Shown: positions 1-11,959 of the stretch, piece by piece
How the letters are laid out: every line of letters begins with the position of its first letter
How positions within the stretch are numbered: position 1 is the first letter of the stretch
NCBI GenBank assembly: GCA_010909165.1
Contig: MU008200.1
Location: forward strand, 124,001 to 188,000
DNA: 64,000 nt
Source of the DNA: Anthoceros angustus
Lineage: Eukaryota > Plantae > Anthocerotophyta
Reading direction: 5' to 3'
Translations under genes and position numbers: made by a program
Notes under the pieces: model-generated
What the model was told of the DNA's origin: nothing
Databases searched by the model: none
The model's input: only the letters and a program-made list of their open reading frames with translations

Positions 1-785
1 AGGAAGGTCTTTCGGCCCTTAGGCCTTATATGACATCGGAGGAATACAAACGGTGGGAAGCTTTCTGGGTGGACCAACAAGAGATTGTTGTTATTGTTCG
101 AACAACATTGGGCTCGTCTTCAAAGATCCTTGGAAGTGGTATTCGAGGTCCAAAGTAAAAGTAATGCCAGTGGAAGAAGGTCATGTTCATTGCCCAAATT
201 TTGACAGACACGCTATGCACCATTTTGATTAGTGCGTACACTCCTCAGCCAGAGGTGAAGATATTGAGTGAAGTTCAGGACTTCAGGTCATATGTTTGGC
301 CAATCGGGCAAGGGCAAGGTGGACACGCATACAAGGCGGCGGTGAAACAATTAAACAACCTGTCTCACCAGCAGCAATTCAAAATTACGAGAGAAGCCAA
401 AGGTGACCGTGGGTTTGTTACTGTCATCAGGAGCAAGCAATATTCTACATCAGCCCATTGGGAGACAGAGGCGGGTTGGAGTTTTAACATTTGTGCCTTT
501 GGACACAATGGCGACTCCATAGCCCCTCGGTCAAGGGATAGAAAAGGAAAGTTAAGCCTTATCACCTACCGATGGTGTGGCTCATTTGAAGGAAGGTCTT
601 TCGGCCCTTAGGCCTTATATGACATCGGAGGAATACAAACGGTGGGAAGCTTTCTGGGTGGACCAACAAGAGATTGTTGTTATTGTTCAGAACAACATTG
701 GGCTCGTCCTTCAGCATCCTTGGAAGTGGTATTCGAGGTCCAAAGTAAAAGTAACAGCCCACAGGGAAGAAGGTCATGTTCATTG
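1..785 (+). repeat. Direct repeat inside gag: ~190 bp at 1 and again at 590
   Basis: aggaaggtctttcggcccttagg...gaagaaggtcatgttcattgc occurs at 1-~192 and 590-~785 (offset 589). Confidence 0.85.
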
Positions 786-3700
786 CAGTTCCAGCCGACA
801 GGGACACGCACAACAGACCATTTTGGATTGGGAAGGTCCCTCAACAACGCTTCCTGTAATAAAGCTTCATCAGGAAGGCGCAGAGGGGATGCGCTATAGT
901 TCACGACCAGTTTCACCAGGACCGTGGAGGCCGGATCCTTCACAACGTCCAATGTCTGCTCGTGGATGTTGTTTTAACTGGAATGCCGGTCACTATGCGA
1001 TGATCGAACCTCGGCGGTAGGCTATGTGCCCTTCGCTGTATGCAAAGAATTGGGGCACAAAGTGGGAGATCCAAGGTGCCTGTGAGTGTTACGTACTGTG
1101 CCTATACGGCCAGGAGTCAGAATCACCGAACCAGCAACGGAGACAATCCCCATCAACACGGAGACGGCCATCGCGGTAGCTAACACGCCGGTGTTGACGG
1201 TGGAGGCGGAAGAAGAAGAAGAACCACAAGAGGCTTTGCAGGTCTACTCAGGGATTGTGGAAGAAGGATATGCAGGAGAAGTAAGTGATGGAGAAGATCC
1301 CTTGGTGGCTAGGGTCACCACACGATCCGAAAGGCGAGAGAAGGAACGAAGGGTAGACCGACGGAAGGAGAAGACAGACAAGAAGAAGAGGAAGGTGCGC
1401 GAGGATTCACCTTGGCCACCTGAGACGAGACAAGGGACACCTGATCCGGTGTTGGAGGAGAATGACTGGACGAAGGAGAGTCCAGAGGTTACGAGGCGAG
1501 AGGAGGCTGAACCACTCGCGGAGGGAGGTGGAGACCCTACGTTTCCACCAGACATCAGCAAGGAAGTTGCTGTGATGTTGGAAGATGAACTGAGGAGGCT
1601 GACTCAGCGACCGAAAAGGGTCTCTTTTGCTGAATCTGCAGTGAGTGACCCGGTGGAAGACAAGAAGCAGGCGCAAGGAGAGGCGCCGAGTGAGGAACAA
1701 CCAAGAGAGGGCGTTGTTGCGCCACTCGCTAGTAGTGAGACCGCAAGAGGGGTTCTAGCATCAAAGATTTCTAGCTTTGCTGATGCGCTACTTGATCAAG
1801 AGTTTGTAGTGAGCTTGAGACAGCTCTTGGCGGTGAGTCCAAGATCGAGGAAGATCGTGAAGGAGGCGATACGGGGATACCAGAGCCACTAGAGGTAAGG
1901 AGCATGCAAGTGGAAGTTAACGCGTGGAGCTGGTTGATTGTGGAGCCCCGAGATTGAGATTGAGATAGCGGGGTGTTTAGTGCCGATGTCCCTTTGGACA
2001 CGGGATCTGGAGTGAATTTGATGACCAAGAGACAAAGACATCGACTTGGGTTTACGAATTCATCCCATTCGTGTCTTCACGAATGGCGGACTGCACCAAG
2101 AGAAAGCCTTTGGGGTGCCGCAGAACATCCCCACGGTGATTGGAGGTATTACCTTCAATCGACCTACATTGTGATGAGACCGATTCTGGACTTGGGGTAC
2201 AAGGTACTTCTTGGGAGGCCGTGGTCAGATGGGACAGGCATCTTTGATTTTGGGAGGCGTGGAGTTACTTGTGTCGAGCTTTCATAGGGTTAGTCGGCTA
2301 TTACAGGAGATTCACAAAGATTTTCTAGCTTTCGTATCGTGGAGCAGATCACCTTACGAAGGGGAGACCGAGTCTCCACGAGATACACTTCGTGAGCACG
2401 GGCAGAGTTCGTCCGGAGTAATTTGGCTTACCAAGGACCAGCCAAAGCAGTCGATATGGTGTATGGGGGACAGGGGATCCCATGTTTTCATCTTGACGTC
2501 GGAGGAAGAAGATTTTGCGGGAGGATGAGGAGCACCGAGAGGGTGCCGCCTTTTGAAGGGTCACGCCACGATCACGACTTTCCGGAGGAAGGATCAGCAC
2601 GAGTGTGGGCGTGAGCCGAAGGAGTTTATGTAGACCACGCGATGGAGGACATGGAGTTGAAGCCGCAAAAGTGTGAAAGTTTCCAAGTATCTCACCGGAG
2701 CAAGAGGAGTTGAAGGCCTTACTAAGGAAGTACATAGATGTATTTGCCTTTAAGGTCACTGATATGACTGGGATTCCTGAAGAGCTAGGAATCCATCGCA
2801 TTGACCTCAAGGAGGGAAGCACGCCAGTTCGAGTGAAGCAGTACCGTCTCAATCCCAAGTACTCCATGGTTGTGAAGGACCAATTGGACCAGTACTTAGA
2901 GGCGGGGTGATTTATCCGGTTCTCACCAGCGAATGGGTGGCGCCCATCGTGGTGGTTCCCAAGAAGCAACAAGGCAAGGTTCGTGTTTGTCAAGATTTCA
3001 GGAGGCTCAACGAAGCAACGAAGAAGGACCACCATCCACTACCCTTCATGGATAGCGTTTTGGACACGGTGGCGGGTCATGAAATGTACAGCTTCCTAGA
3101 TGGCTATTCTGGTTACAATCAAATCACGCTACGCAAGGAGGATCAAGACAAGACCACTTTCACCACGGATTGGGGGACGTTTGCCTACGCCAAGCTTCCA
3201 TTCGGACTGCAATGCCCCTGCAACTTTCCAACGAGTGGTAAACAGTATCTTTAGAGATTTTCTTCGCAAGTTCATGGAAGTGTTTCTTGACGATTTTGTG
3301 TCTTTGGGAGGCAACACTCACATTGGGAACATCCGGGCGGTGTTTTCAACGCGTGAGACCAACCTAAAACTTCACCAGGAAGTGTTTTTCGGGATGACGG
3401 AGGGATTCTCCTCGCTCATCGAAGTTTCAAAGACGAGGACTCCAAGTGGACATGGAGAAAGTCAAGGTGATCACAGAGATGGATGCACCTCAGACAGTCA
3501 GACAGGTCAGAGCTTTCATAGGGTTAGTCGGCTATTACAGGAGATTCATCAAAGATTTTGCCAAGAAGGCAGCCGTCCTAACCCAGCTCACGAAGAAGGA
3601 TGTAGCATTTGAGTGGACAACGGAAAGAGGAATCATTTCAGCAACTAAAGAGGAGTTTGGTGGAGACACCCACCTTGAGACCACCAAATTGGGAGCAGCC

Positions 3701-5653
3701 ATTTCATGTGTACGTGGATGCAGATGCGCTTGGGGCTATTCGAGCCGAAGGACTAAGAGAAGAGGGATCATCCTATCTTCTACGCGGCAGCATTGATCGA
3801 CGCGAGAGAAATTACTCTACGATCGAGAGGGAGGCGTTGGGAATCATCTACGCATGCAAGAAGTTTCGCCACTACCTCTTGGCCTGCAAGGTAACCTTCC
3901 ACGTTGATCATTTTGCGCTGAAGTACCTAGTGAACAAGCCGGATTTGTCGGGAAGAATTGCTCGATGGATTCTTTTGCTGCAAGAGTTTGATTTTGATGT
4001 TGAGACGCGAGCGGGTAAGAGACACATCAACGCGGATTTCATCTCGAGGTTGAGAACAACTGGAAAGGTCCGGGAGACGGACGATAGGTTTCCTGACGAG
4101 GAGTTGGTCGCGACAGTCCGACCAGAGGATGAAGAGGAAGTTCGATCGACTTTGTTGGGCCGATTCGCACCAAGATGGTAGAGGCGAGGCGACAAGGAAG
4201 GATGACTGGAGGACGTGCCATGAGTCCTCAACCAAGATCGTGAAGGCGCAGAGGAAGTTCGATCGACTTCGGTGGACAATCGGAGAGACGCCTAACGACG
4301 AGATAGCGGCAATGCGAGAATCGTGGAGGACGTGCCATGAGTCCTCAACCAAGATCGCAAGGAGCCGTGGCTCCACAAGGCGCAACGCCGCTGTTTCAAG
4401 GGATAGAGAAGGGCGACGTGCAAGGCGCTTGCTAATGGAGAAGTTCAAGATTCCGGAGTTAGGAATCATGCCCAATGGATTGAGTAGGGAAGGACGAGCT
4501 TTTTCTTCATAAGGTAGCCTCATCGCTTGAGGAATGGAATCTTGTACAAGATGGGGGCGGATGAGAAGATACGAAGGTGTCTGGAGCCTCGAGAGGCAGT
4601 TTTGGTGATTGAGGCTTTACATGCGGAGGAGGCAGGAGGTCATTACTCTGTACAGGTCACGATTAAGAAGATTTTGGATACAGACTTTTGGTGGACTACC
4701 ATGCAACGTGATGTTTGGGATTCTATTAGGAGATGCAACGCATGTCAGCGTGTAGGGAGGCCGACACTGTCCACACAGAGGCCACTGACCTACATTCTGC
4801 CACTCGCTCCTTTTGAGAAGTGGGGGATCGACTTTGTTGGGCCGATTCGCCCACCTACCGTGGACTCAAGCAATACATATTGGTGGCCACCGACATCGCA
4901 CCAAGATGGTAGAGGCGAGGCGACAAGGAAGGATGACGCCCGGCAGTAAAATTTTGTTTGAGAACATCATCACAGTATGGTTGTCCCTTGAGTTGGTGAG
5001 TGACCGAGGAACTCACTTCTTGAACATCCATTGAGTCGTTGACCAGCTACTTCAACATACGACACCGCAAGACAACGCCTTACAACCCAAGGCAAATGGC
5101 CTCACGAGAAGACCAACGGATTGGGTACCATTTTGACTAAGGTGATCACACATGTATGATCGACACGAAGCTTCATTCAACACTTTGGGCATATCGGACA
5201 GCTGAGAAGGTAACCACGAAACGAACGCCCTACTATCTGACCTACGGGATGTCACCAGTGTTACCAATTGAGTTTGAGATTCCAACACATCGAATCATGG
5301 AGGACGTAAGGATGACTGTGGAGGACAGTCAAACAGCGCGATTGGAGGCTTTCGCGACTTATGAGGAGGACCGAGAAGAGGCACTTGAGGAGACCTACAA
5401 GATCCAAGAACAACGGAAGCATCGACATGACGGGAAGCTTCGAAAGAGAGAAGTGATTGTGGCTGGAGATTTGGTGTTGCTGTATGACAGCCGATACTTA
5501 GATTTTCCAGGAAAGTTGAGATTGAGGTGGATGGGACCCTACAAGGTTGAGGAGGTGTATGAGAATGGGTCTGTCCAGCTGCGAGTCTTGGATGGAGACC
5601 TCCTGCCAACGCGAGTGAATGGCTGGAAGGTCAAGAAGTATTTTCAGCCTTGA
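1..5653 (+). pseudogene. gag-pol of Gypsy element 1, frameshifted
   Basis: Degenerate CCHC knuckles at ~960-1085; protease LDTGSGVN (~1990) and LLGRPW; RT VRVCQDFRRLN, FLDGYSGYNQI, VFLDDF (2710-3330); RNase H HVYVDA, ERNYSTIEREAL, ARWILLLQEFDF (3609-4060); integrase GGHYS...RCNACQ, WGIDFVGP, SDRGTHF (4527-5653). Confidence 0.92.
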
Positions 5654-5679
5654 GTCCTGTTGTTTGCAGGGACGCAAAC

Positions 5680-5694
5680 AAGTGGGAAGGGGGG
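5680..5694 (+). other. Polypurine tract of Gypsy element 1
   Basis: aagtgggaagggggg 27 bp after the integrase stop and 2 nt before TGTGG. Confidence 0.85.
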
Positions 5695-6419
5695 CATGTG
5701 GAACGCCAAATTTTGGGTCCACGGTTGGAAGAGGGGCGGATGCCTCTTAGTTTTGTTCATATTAGTTAGGTTTTATTTTTCTTTTTTTTCTTTTTCTCAC
5801 CAATGTAACAAGACGGAAGACAAAGAACAAGGAGTGGCAAGTGGAGAAGCAAGGACAGATTTACCCCCGAATCGACGGATGTAAAGGAGGAAAACAGATT
5901 CAAAACGGGTCCAACGGATGTAAAGGACGGAGGTCCGGAGGTCCGGAAAGTTTACGCGAGAGGAAGGTTCGCGGAAGGCCGAACCTGCCAAGAAGGAGGG
6001 CTGGTGCCGGGCCTAGTGGCGGCGGCGCCAGGTCACGCCCCAGTTCAGACAGTCCGGACATGCAGCGGGAGTAAAGTCCTTACTCCAGCTGGAAGACGCG
6101 CGCGCGAGAAGGGTCTTCGCGAGTTGCGGACAGGCGCGCAATTTCCAGACGGTCGAGCGAGCTTGGAGGTGGTGCGCGAGCTGACAGACAGGCGCGCGAA
6201 AGGAGGAAGAGGCGCAACAGCACCAAGGAGGGAGCGCATGCATGCATATATAGAGAAATCGTCCTTGGCGCTCGGAGGAAGAAATCAGGCGCTGTCCTTG
6301 GCCTTCGGTGGTTGAGGAATTCCAAACGTCCGCTGAAAGGGAAAAGGTCCTTGGCCTTCGGACAGGGGAAATTTCGTCCTTGGCCTTTGGGGTGTGGAAA
6401 ATCCTTCCTCACCCTATAT

Positions 6420-7259
6420 ATGTAAGTAGAGGGGAGGCTGAGGCAGCTCAAGCCAAGAATGAAGAACTGGAGGCCAAACTCAAGGAGCTGGAGGGAGGAC
6501 AGCCACATGGAGTAAGGAGCGTGAGGAGCTCATGAAGCAAGCAGGAGGCGACCAGCGGTGGAAGGAAGAGGTAGCCCACCGGAGAAAATGATGCATCGCA
6601 TGCCGGTCGTCAGAAGCAACGCCAGCTGATTATGCATGGCAACAAGGGATACCGGAGGCATGGAAGAGAGATGCCGAGAATGTCACTTTACGCCTGCTTG
6701 AGTGAGGTGGCTTGAGAGGGATGCGTTGCAGTAAGATAGCCTCGGAGAGTGGCCGAGGAATTTGATGAGATTTGTTTGAAGGGCCGGAGATGCAGTCCAC
6801 TTACATGCTAGGGTCAACAAGTTCGCCAAGGAGATGCGTTCCTTGTTGACAAGGAAGTTGTTGGGTCCCCACGATGACGATGTGAAGATTTTGGAAGAAT
6901 TGCGACCCTCAACTTCGGAGATTCAGGACTTGGAGAGTGAAATGGATGCAGAAGGCTCAATGTGGGAGGAGCCAATGGAAGAGGAAGAGATTTCCAGCAG
7001 TAGAGTTGGTGGGGTGTCTGCACAGATGAGCCGCACCAACACCCAACCGCCTGGAGGTAATTGCGCGCAGATGTATTACAGAGGCCAAGGCCTCTACAAG
7101 AGCGCCTGCAAGAGGGGTGGCGCCCACCGCCTCAACAACATCGCCGAGACAGTGTGGAGGTTCCCGACGACGAGTGAAGAGATCCTGACAGGGACACCCA
7201 AGCCAAGAGGAGGAAGGCGGTGGTTGGGCACAGCCATGCCAACACCCAAGAAGAAGTAG
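6420..7259 (+). pseudogene. Coiled-coil ORF remnant located inside the LTR
   Basis: EAEAAQAKNEELEAKLKELEG and RKLLGPHDDDVK; LGPHDDD is shared with the ORF at 54613-54882. Confidence 0.65.
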
Positions 7260-7794
7260 GCAAATAGTTGGTAGGGAGTGAATGGGTCATTAAGACCCCT
7301 AGGGGTTAGTGGGATTGTTAGGAGGTAGGTTAAGAACCTTTAAGAGGCCACCTACTTAAAACCGTAAGCAACCCCACCTACCCCACCGAGTTAATTAATG
7401 CTAGGGTTTGGGGGAGCTCCTATAAGAGGGGGAGGAGCTCCCATAATAAAATGTCATGCCTTGCTCTCCTGACTGTGTGTGCTTGTCTTGCTACACAAGC
7501 GTGCGTGCCGACCGTGTGAGGGTGCATGGTGTCTGGTAGGGTCTTGAGGTGCGGTGACCAGGGTGAGGGCGGGGCCCAAACCTTTCTTTCTGGAGGTAGC
7601 AGCTGGGTAGCGTTGAGGTGAGGGCGGCATTGTGGTTGCGAACGCATGGCTGATCGAAGGAAGACCCCTAGCAAAATCCAAAGACGCGGACGCCACTTGC
7701 CAAATGTCCGCCTAGGTCCGTGAGGGCAATGCCCTATGATCTGAGGCAGTTGCTGGGAGGCCAGGAGGGCGCCCAGGGCTGATAGTTAGCTAGG

Positions 7795-8030
7795 AAGAGT
7801 GGAAGAGGTAGATTAGAGAAGAGAGGAGAAGAGAGGAGAAAAGAGAGAAAAGAGAAAAGAAAAGAGAGAGCGAGAGAGCGAGAGAGTGAGAGCGAGAGAG
7901 GACGAGAGAGGAGCTAGAGAGGATAGGGAGCAAGAGAGGAGAAGGAAGGAGCAAGAGAGAAAAGAGAAAAAGACAAAAAGAGAAGAGAGGAGGACGAAAC
8001 CTAGAAAAGAGAGGGAAGGTGGAATTTCAA
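7795..8030 (+). repeat. AG-rich low-complexity tract in the LTR
   Basis: Runs of agagaagagaggagaag, gagagagc and agaaaag. Confidence 0.9.
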
Positions 8031-8289
8031 GGGTCAGGATAAGAGCTTGAGGGGCGGCCCCAAATTTGTCATGAGAAGGGTCTTAGGGAGTGTAGGAGGC
8101 TGGTGGGAGGATTGCCCATCAGACGGTGATTTGGGTCCCAAGGTCGCCCTATGATGGCGGTGCCTCTCGACGTGGTCCAGGCAGTCATCGCGCGAGGGTA
8201 GTGTGACTTACCGAGGTGGGTCACCGCAAGGCGGTAGGAGGCGGTTAGTCGGTCCGGCGCTGTGCGGGAGTCGAGAGTCGAGAGAGGTC

Positions 8290-8728
8290 GGTCGGGGCGC
8301 ACCTCCATCCAGGTGCGGGAAGGGCTCCCCACTCCTTCGTGGGAGCAGAAACCCTCACTGCAAGCGGTGGATGGCCGGTGAGGGTTCCGGGGTCCGGGAA
8401 CCTCCCACCACAGGTCGGAGTCGAGAGGTCAATGAGGGCGCACCCTCCATCCGTGCGGGAAGGGCTCCCCACTCCTTGATGGGAATGAAACCCTCTTTAC
8501 GAACCGGCAAGCTGGGATAAGTGTGGCCATCTGGTGAGGGTTCCGGGGTCCCGGAACCTCCCACCAGAGGTCGGTAGAGTCGGAGGTCAATCGTGAGAGG
8601 CGCACCCTCCGCTCCGCGGGAAGGGCTCCCCACTCCTTCGTGGAATGAAACCCTCATGCTGAGCGGTGGGATAAGTGTGGCCGCTACAGGGCTGAGGGTT
8701 CCGGGGGTCCCGGGAACCTCCCACCACA
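8290..8728 (+). repeat. ~140-160 bp tandem repeat, 3 copies, at the LTR 3' end
   Basis: gggaagggctccc(c)actcctt at ~8317, ~8457, ~8618, each followed by gagggttccggg(g)gtcc...aacctcccacca. Confidence 0.88.
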
Positions 8729-9820
8729 AGGTGCCAAACAATTGTGGTAGGACCTCAAGGATGCTGGTTACAAAGATGATAATTTGGATGTTAAGATTTT
8801 GATTTGATGTCTTTGCAAGTTTTGATTGTCCTCCCATTTGAACTCTGTTTTTTGGATTTGCCATAGGAGCCATAATACTGGCATTGGAGTGCAAGCAAGT
8901 GGACGATGACGGCTGGTTTTTGGACAATTTGGTGCCTAGATTGAAGCCCGGGTTAAGTGAGGATCTTTCTCCTCTGTAGTTCTTATAGAAGTTCTTTCAA
9001 GTCTGTTTGTGTAAAGTATGTCGTCGTAAAGTGCGTTGTACCCACACCGAGATGTCTCAAACTTAGATGTTGTAATTCGTTTTGCAACTGGGATATTGTA
9101 AATGGTTTTGTAAAACTGGTCGTTGTAAAGTGCGTTGTGGGATATTGTAAATGGTTTTGTAGAACTGGTCGTTGTAAAGTGCGTTGTACCCACACCGAGA
9201 CGTCTCAAACTTAGATGTTATCATTCCTTTTGCAATTGGGATATTGTAGATGGTTTTGTAAAACTGGTCGTTGTAAAGTGCGATGTACCCACACCGAGAC
9301 GTCTCAAATTTAGATGTTGTAACTCCTTTTGCAATTGGGATATTGTGAATGGTTTTGTAAAACTAGTCGTCGTAAAGTGCGTTGTATCCACACCGAGACG
9401 TCTCAAACTTAGATGTTGTAACTCCTTTTGCAATTGGGATATTGTAAATGGTTTTGTAAAAGGCGTTGTAAATAGGTGACATGGCAAGGGTTGCTGACTA
9501 GGCGCCACAATGGGCACCACATCATCACATGGTGATGTGGCGATGAGGGCCATGTCATCAAATCATGCCATGTCATCACCTGATGACGTGGCAATGAAGG
9601 GCCATGTGGCAACAACATGTCATGTCATCACTTGGTGATGTGGCGGTGATGTGGCGCCATATAACCACTTTAATGACATGGCGCTGGAACTGGCCATGTC
9701 AGCAATTTTACAATGTCATGAAGCCCTCGGTTTACAACGGCGTTGTTGCGTCGTTTTACAACGCCGCGTTGTAACACCCGTCGTAAAAACCGTTGGAAAA
9801 ACCCTCATTTTCTTGTAGTG
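8729..9820. mobile_element. CACTA (En/Spm) DNA transposon terminus, apparently the host of Gypsy element 1
   Basis: Ends ttttcttgtagtg (reverse complement CACTACAAGAAAA) at 9820, preceded by dense subterminal motifs cgttgtaaa/ttacaacg in both orientations. The partner TIR is not in the window. Confidence 0.8.
9020..9475. repeat. 99-bp tandem repeat (~4.5 copies), CACTA subterminal array
   Basis: ccacaccgaga anchors at 9041, 9189, 9288, 9387 (period 99; one extra 49-bp partial unit). Confidence 0.92.
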
Positions 9821-9899
9821 CTACCCCTTTAGGCTACCTACCTGCTTTACTACGGGGTCATTTTGAACTGTTTCTTTTCCCCTCGGTATCCTCTATGCC

Positions 9900-10851
9900 T
9901 ACCTAACAGTTCCCTATAATTCCAGCTTCAAAAGGAACAAAAAGAATGCCGGCATATCTCCCCTAATCAATTCTCAACTAAAAGAGTTCGGACCTGTTCC
10001 GAAATGAATGAACTTGATCCAGTGGCCCAAACTTTTGCGTTCCACAATTTGACCTTGGTGATGGAGTTAGTACGCTCATTATGTCGACTGCTTCATATAG
10101 TTGCTAGAGGTTCTTCCAAGCTGCAATTGCAGCTGCATCTTCAGCCCTCGTAACATGGTGAGCTGTGCTGCTATGTAAACCAGATAGGATTGCATTACGT
10201 GCCTTTTTGTCTGTCTTAGCCCAAGCTGTCATATCTGCTGCTGATGTTGCGTTTGGGCCGGATTGTGTGGGCTTGGCATAGTTGCCGTCAACAACCATCC
10301 ATAGGTCATTGTCCTCCAGAATGCCATGCATTCTCATAGCCTATATGTCGTATTCTATTCCTCAAAATCTATCACGCTCTTTATAGTCAATTTCAATTGT
10401 ATGATTAATTGTTGTGCTTGTTGTGGTAGATGTACCAGCTGATCTAGATGCTGCCATGTTGACAAGTAGTGTGGTTGTCGTAATTTTTATATGTCTATAA
10501 TATATATTAGGAGGTGACCACATTCAGGAGGGCTTTATGTCTTAATCAGTCAGATTCAGCACCTGAAATATTGCTGGCTATAGCAGAGTTGGTCAGCACA
10601 TCTTTAACATACAAAAAGTTAGGTAAGGAGTCACCTACAGCTTTTGGTTTTTTCATTTTGCCATTGCATCTGCATTGTCCACGACCAAGTCTGTGGACAG
10701 GTGCCTGAACAGGACTTCTAGGGCGCCGGTGGCTGAAGGTTGGGAACTTATGAGTGAAATTCCCTCCCCTCCTACCACCGTGCCTTGGTATTATGCTGAC
10801 ATTTAAAATTGCCTATACATTGAGGTTACAAATGTTGTGGCTCTGATACCA
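9900..10851 (-). mobile_element. Ty1/Copia 5' fragment (PBS plus gag N-terminus)
   Basis: tRNAi-Met PBS tggtatcagagcc on - strand (10839-10851); ORF 10104-10337 GILEDNDLWMVVDG...WAKTDKKARNAILSGL resembles Copia gag N-terminus/UBN2. Confidence 0.8.
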
Positions 10852-11520
10852 TGGCAATACATAAGAGCGGAAGCAATAGTGCATAAGAGCAAAAGAACTT
10901 AAGCAAGTGCAAAGTGTCAAAACTGAGAGACATATAAAGTAGTTTAAAAACTGAATCTAGTGTTTGTTCATATATGCGGTGGGGTACTCTAAGTTATTCT
11001 TAAGAAATAATATGTTCAAACGTGCCTTAAATATGACACCCTCTACATTGCAAGCCTTGAGTTGAGAGAGCTGTGGAGAGCCTAGGTAGTGGGTTTGTCA
11101 TTGAATCGAGGGCAGTAATCAATTGAGCGTAGATAGTCATACTAAGTATTCTGGGAATAAAGTCAAACTCAAGTGTATATTCTGAGAATAAAGCCGGACT
11201 CAAGTATGTATTCTGGGAATAAAGCCATACTCAGATGTATATTCAGGAAATAAAACCATACTCAAATACGTATTCAGGAATAAAGCCAGACTATGTGTGT
11301 ATTCTGGAAATAAAGAACAGAAATATGGTCTGGGAGTCATCAGTTAACGAACGGTGGACTACTTGGAGCCTAGTATTATTTGGAGTCTAGTATTACGGCG
11401 TTAAGCAAGTCTCTGTGTGGATGAATTGGCGAGGTCCTGAAAAGCACTTACCACTTCTTACTGGCTGCGAGTGAGGGGCGTTACTTATAGTATAGTCAAA
11501 AGCGCGCGCTTATCTATTCA
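10852..11520 (-). repeat. Putative 5' LTR of the Copia fragment, containing ~31-bp repeats x6 (11146-11315)
   Basis: CA end (plus-strand tg at 10852) abuts the PBS; repeats tattc(t/a)g(g/a)aataaa.c...actc. The far boundary (~11520, ctattca) is only a guess. Confidence 0.55.
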
Positions 11521-11959
11521 AACCATCCGCAGCCGCCGCCTGCTTTTGTGCTTGTCTCCCTTTGTCAGAAAGTCGAGTACACCAGTCTCGTACCGTAACG
11601 TAGCTTCAACGTCGGCACTTACGCACTTTTAGGCGTTGGAGTCAGCACCAGAAACAGAGTGGTGCCCCGAAGCCACACCCACACTATTACGACTCACCTT
11701 GTCGCCGACTCACTCGCCCTTCGTTTTTCCACAGACGGGAAAGTTTGCCTAGTTGTATGCTCACGTCATAGATCTAGCAGATGGAAAGGGTAGAGCAGCA
11801 TGCCTTTCATTCACTCTCGCTTCAATCTCAGCCATGTTCAGAAGAAAACTGACTGGATTTACTTCGCAGCTCCCAGAGATGTCCGTACCTGCTTTTGGTA
11901 GTCTGCACTCTTCAGGATCAAGTCGATACGCCACAAGGGGTCTGGTAGGAGGGAGCAGA

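Larger units (their letters stand above)
1..8728 (+). mobile_element. Ty3/Gypsy LTR retrotransposon (Athila/Tat-like, non-chromoviral), 5' part outside window
   Basis: Order gag-PR-RT-RH-IN, then polypurine tract (5680-5694) and a 3' LTR TGTGG(5697)...CCACA(8728). Integrase ends with RWMGPYKVEEV...RVNGWKVKKY, the Athila-type GPY/F tail; no chromodomain seen. Confidence 0.9.
5697..8728 (+). repeat. 3' LTR (~3.0 kb) of Gypsy element 1
   Basis: Starts TGTGGAACGCCAAATTTTGGG right after the PPT; ends gggataagtgtggccgc...cccaccaca. Both terminal motifs are matched by the insert at 49875-56430. TATA-like ctataagaggg at ~7420 followed by an AG-rich tract. Confidence 0.8.

Noticed and set aside
8746-8760. 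tggtaggacc as a PBS after the LTR
   Set aside because: It is 18 bp from the LTR end, I cannot match it to a tRNA, and the LTR is a 3' LTR (PPT upstream).
9020-9475. Regular repeat array as a CRISPR
   Set aside because: Units are contiguous 99-bp near-identical repeats with no unique spacers, in a eukaryotic context next to a CACTA TIR.
11146-11315. ~31-bp repeats as a mini-CRISPR
   Set aside because: No spacers; the repeats lie beside a Copia PBS, consistent with LTR-internal repeats.
11753-11959. N-terminal extension of the RLK
   Set aside because: Starts at TTG and precedes a good signal peptide at ATG 11960; upstream in-frame ATGs are not excluded but are unsupported.
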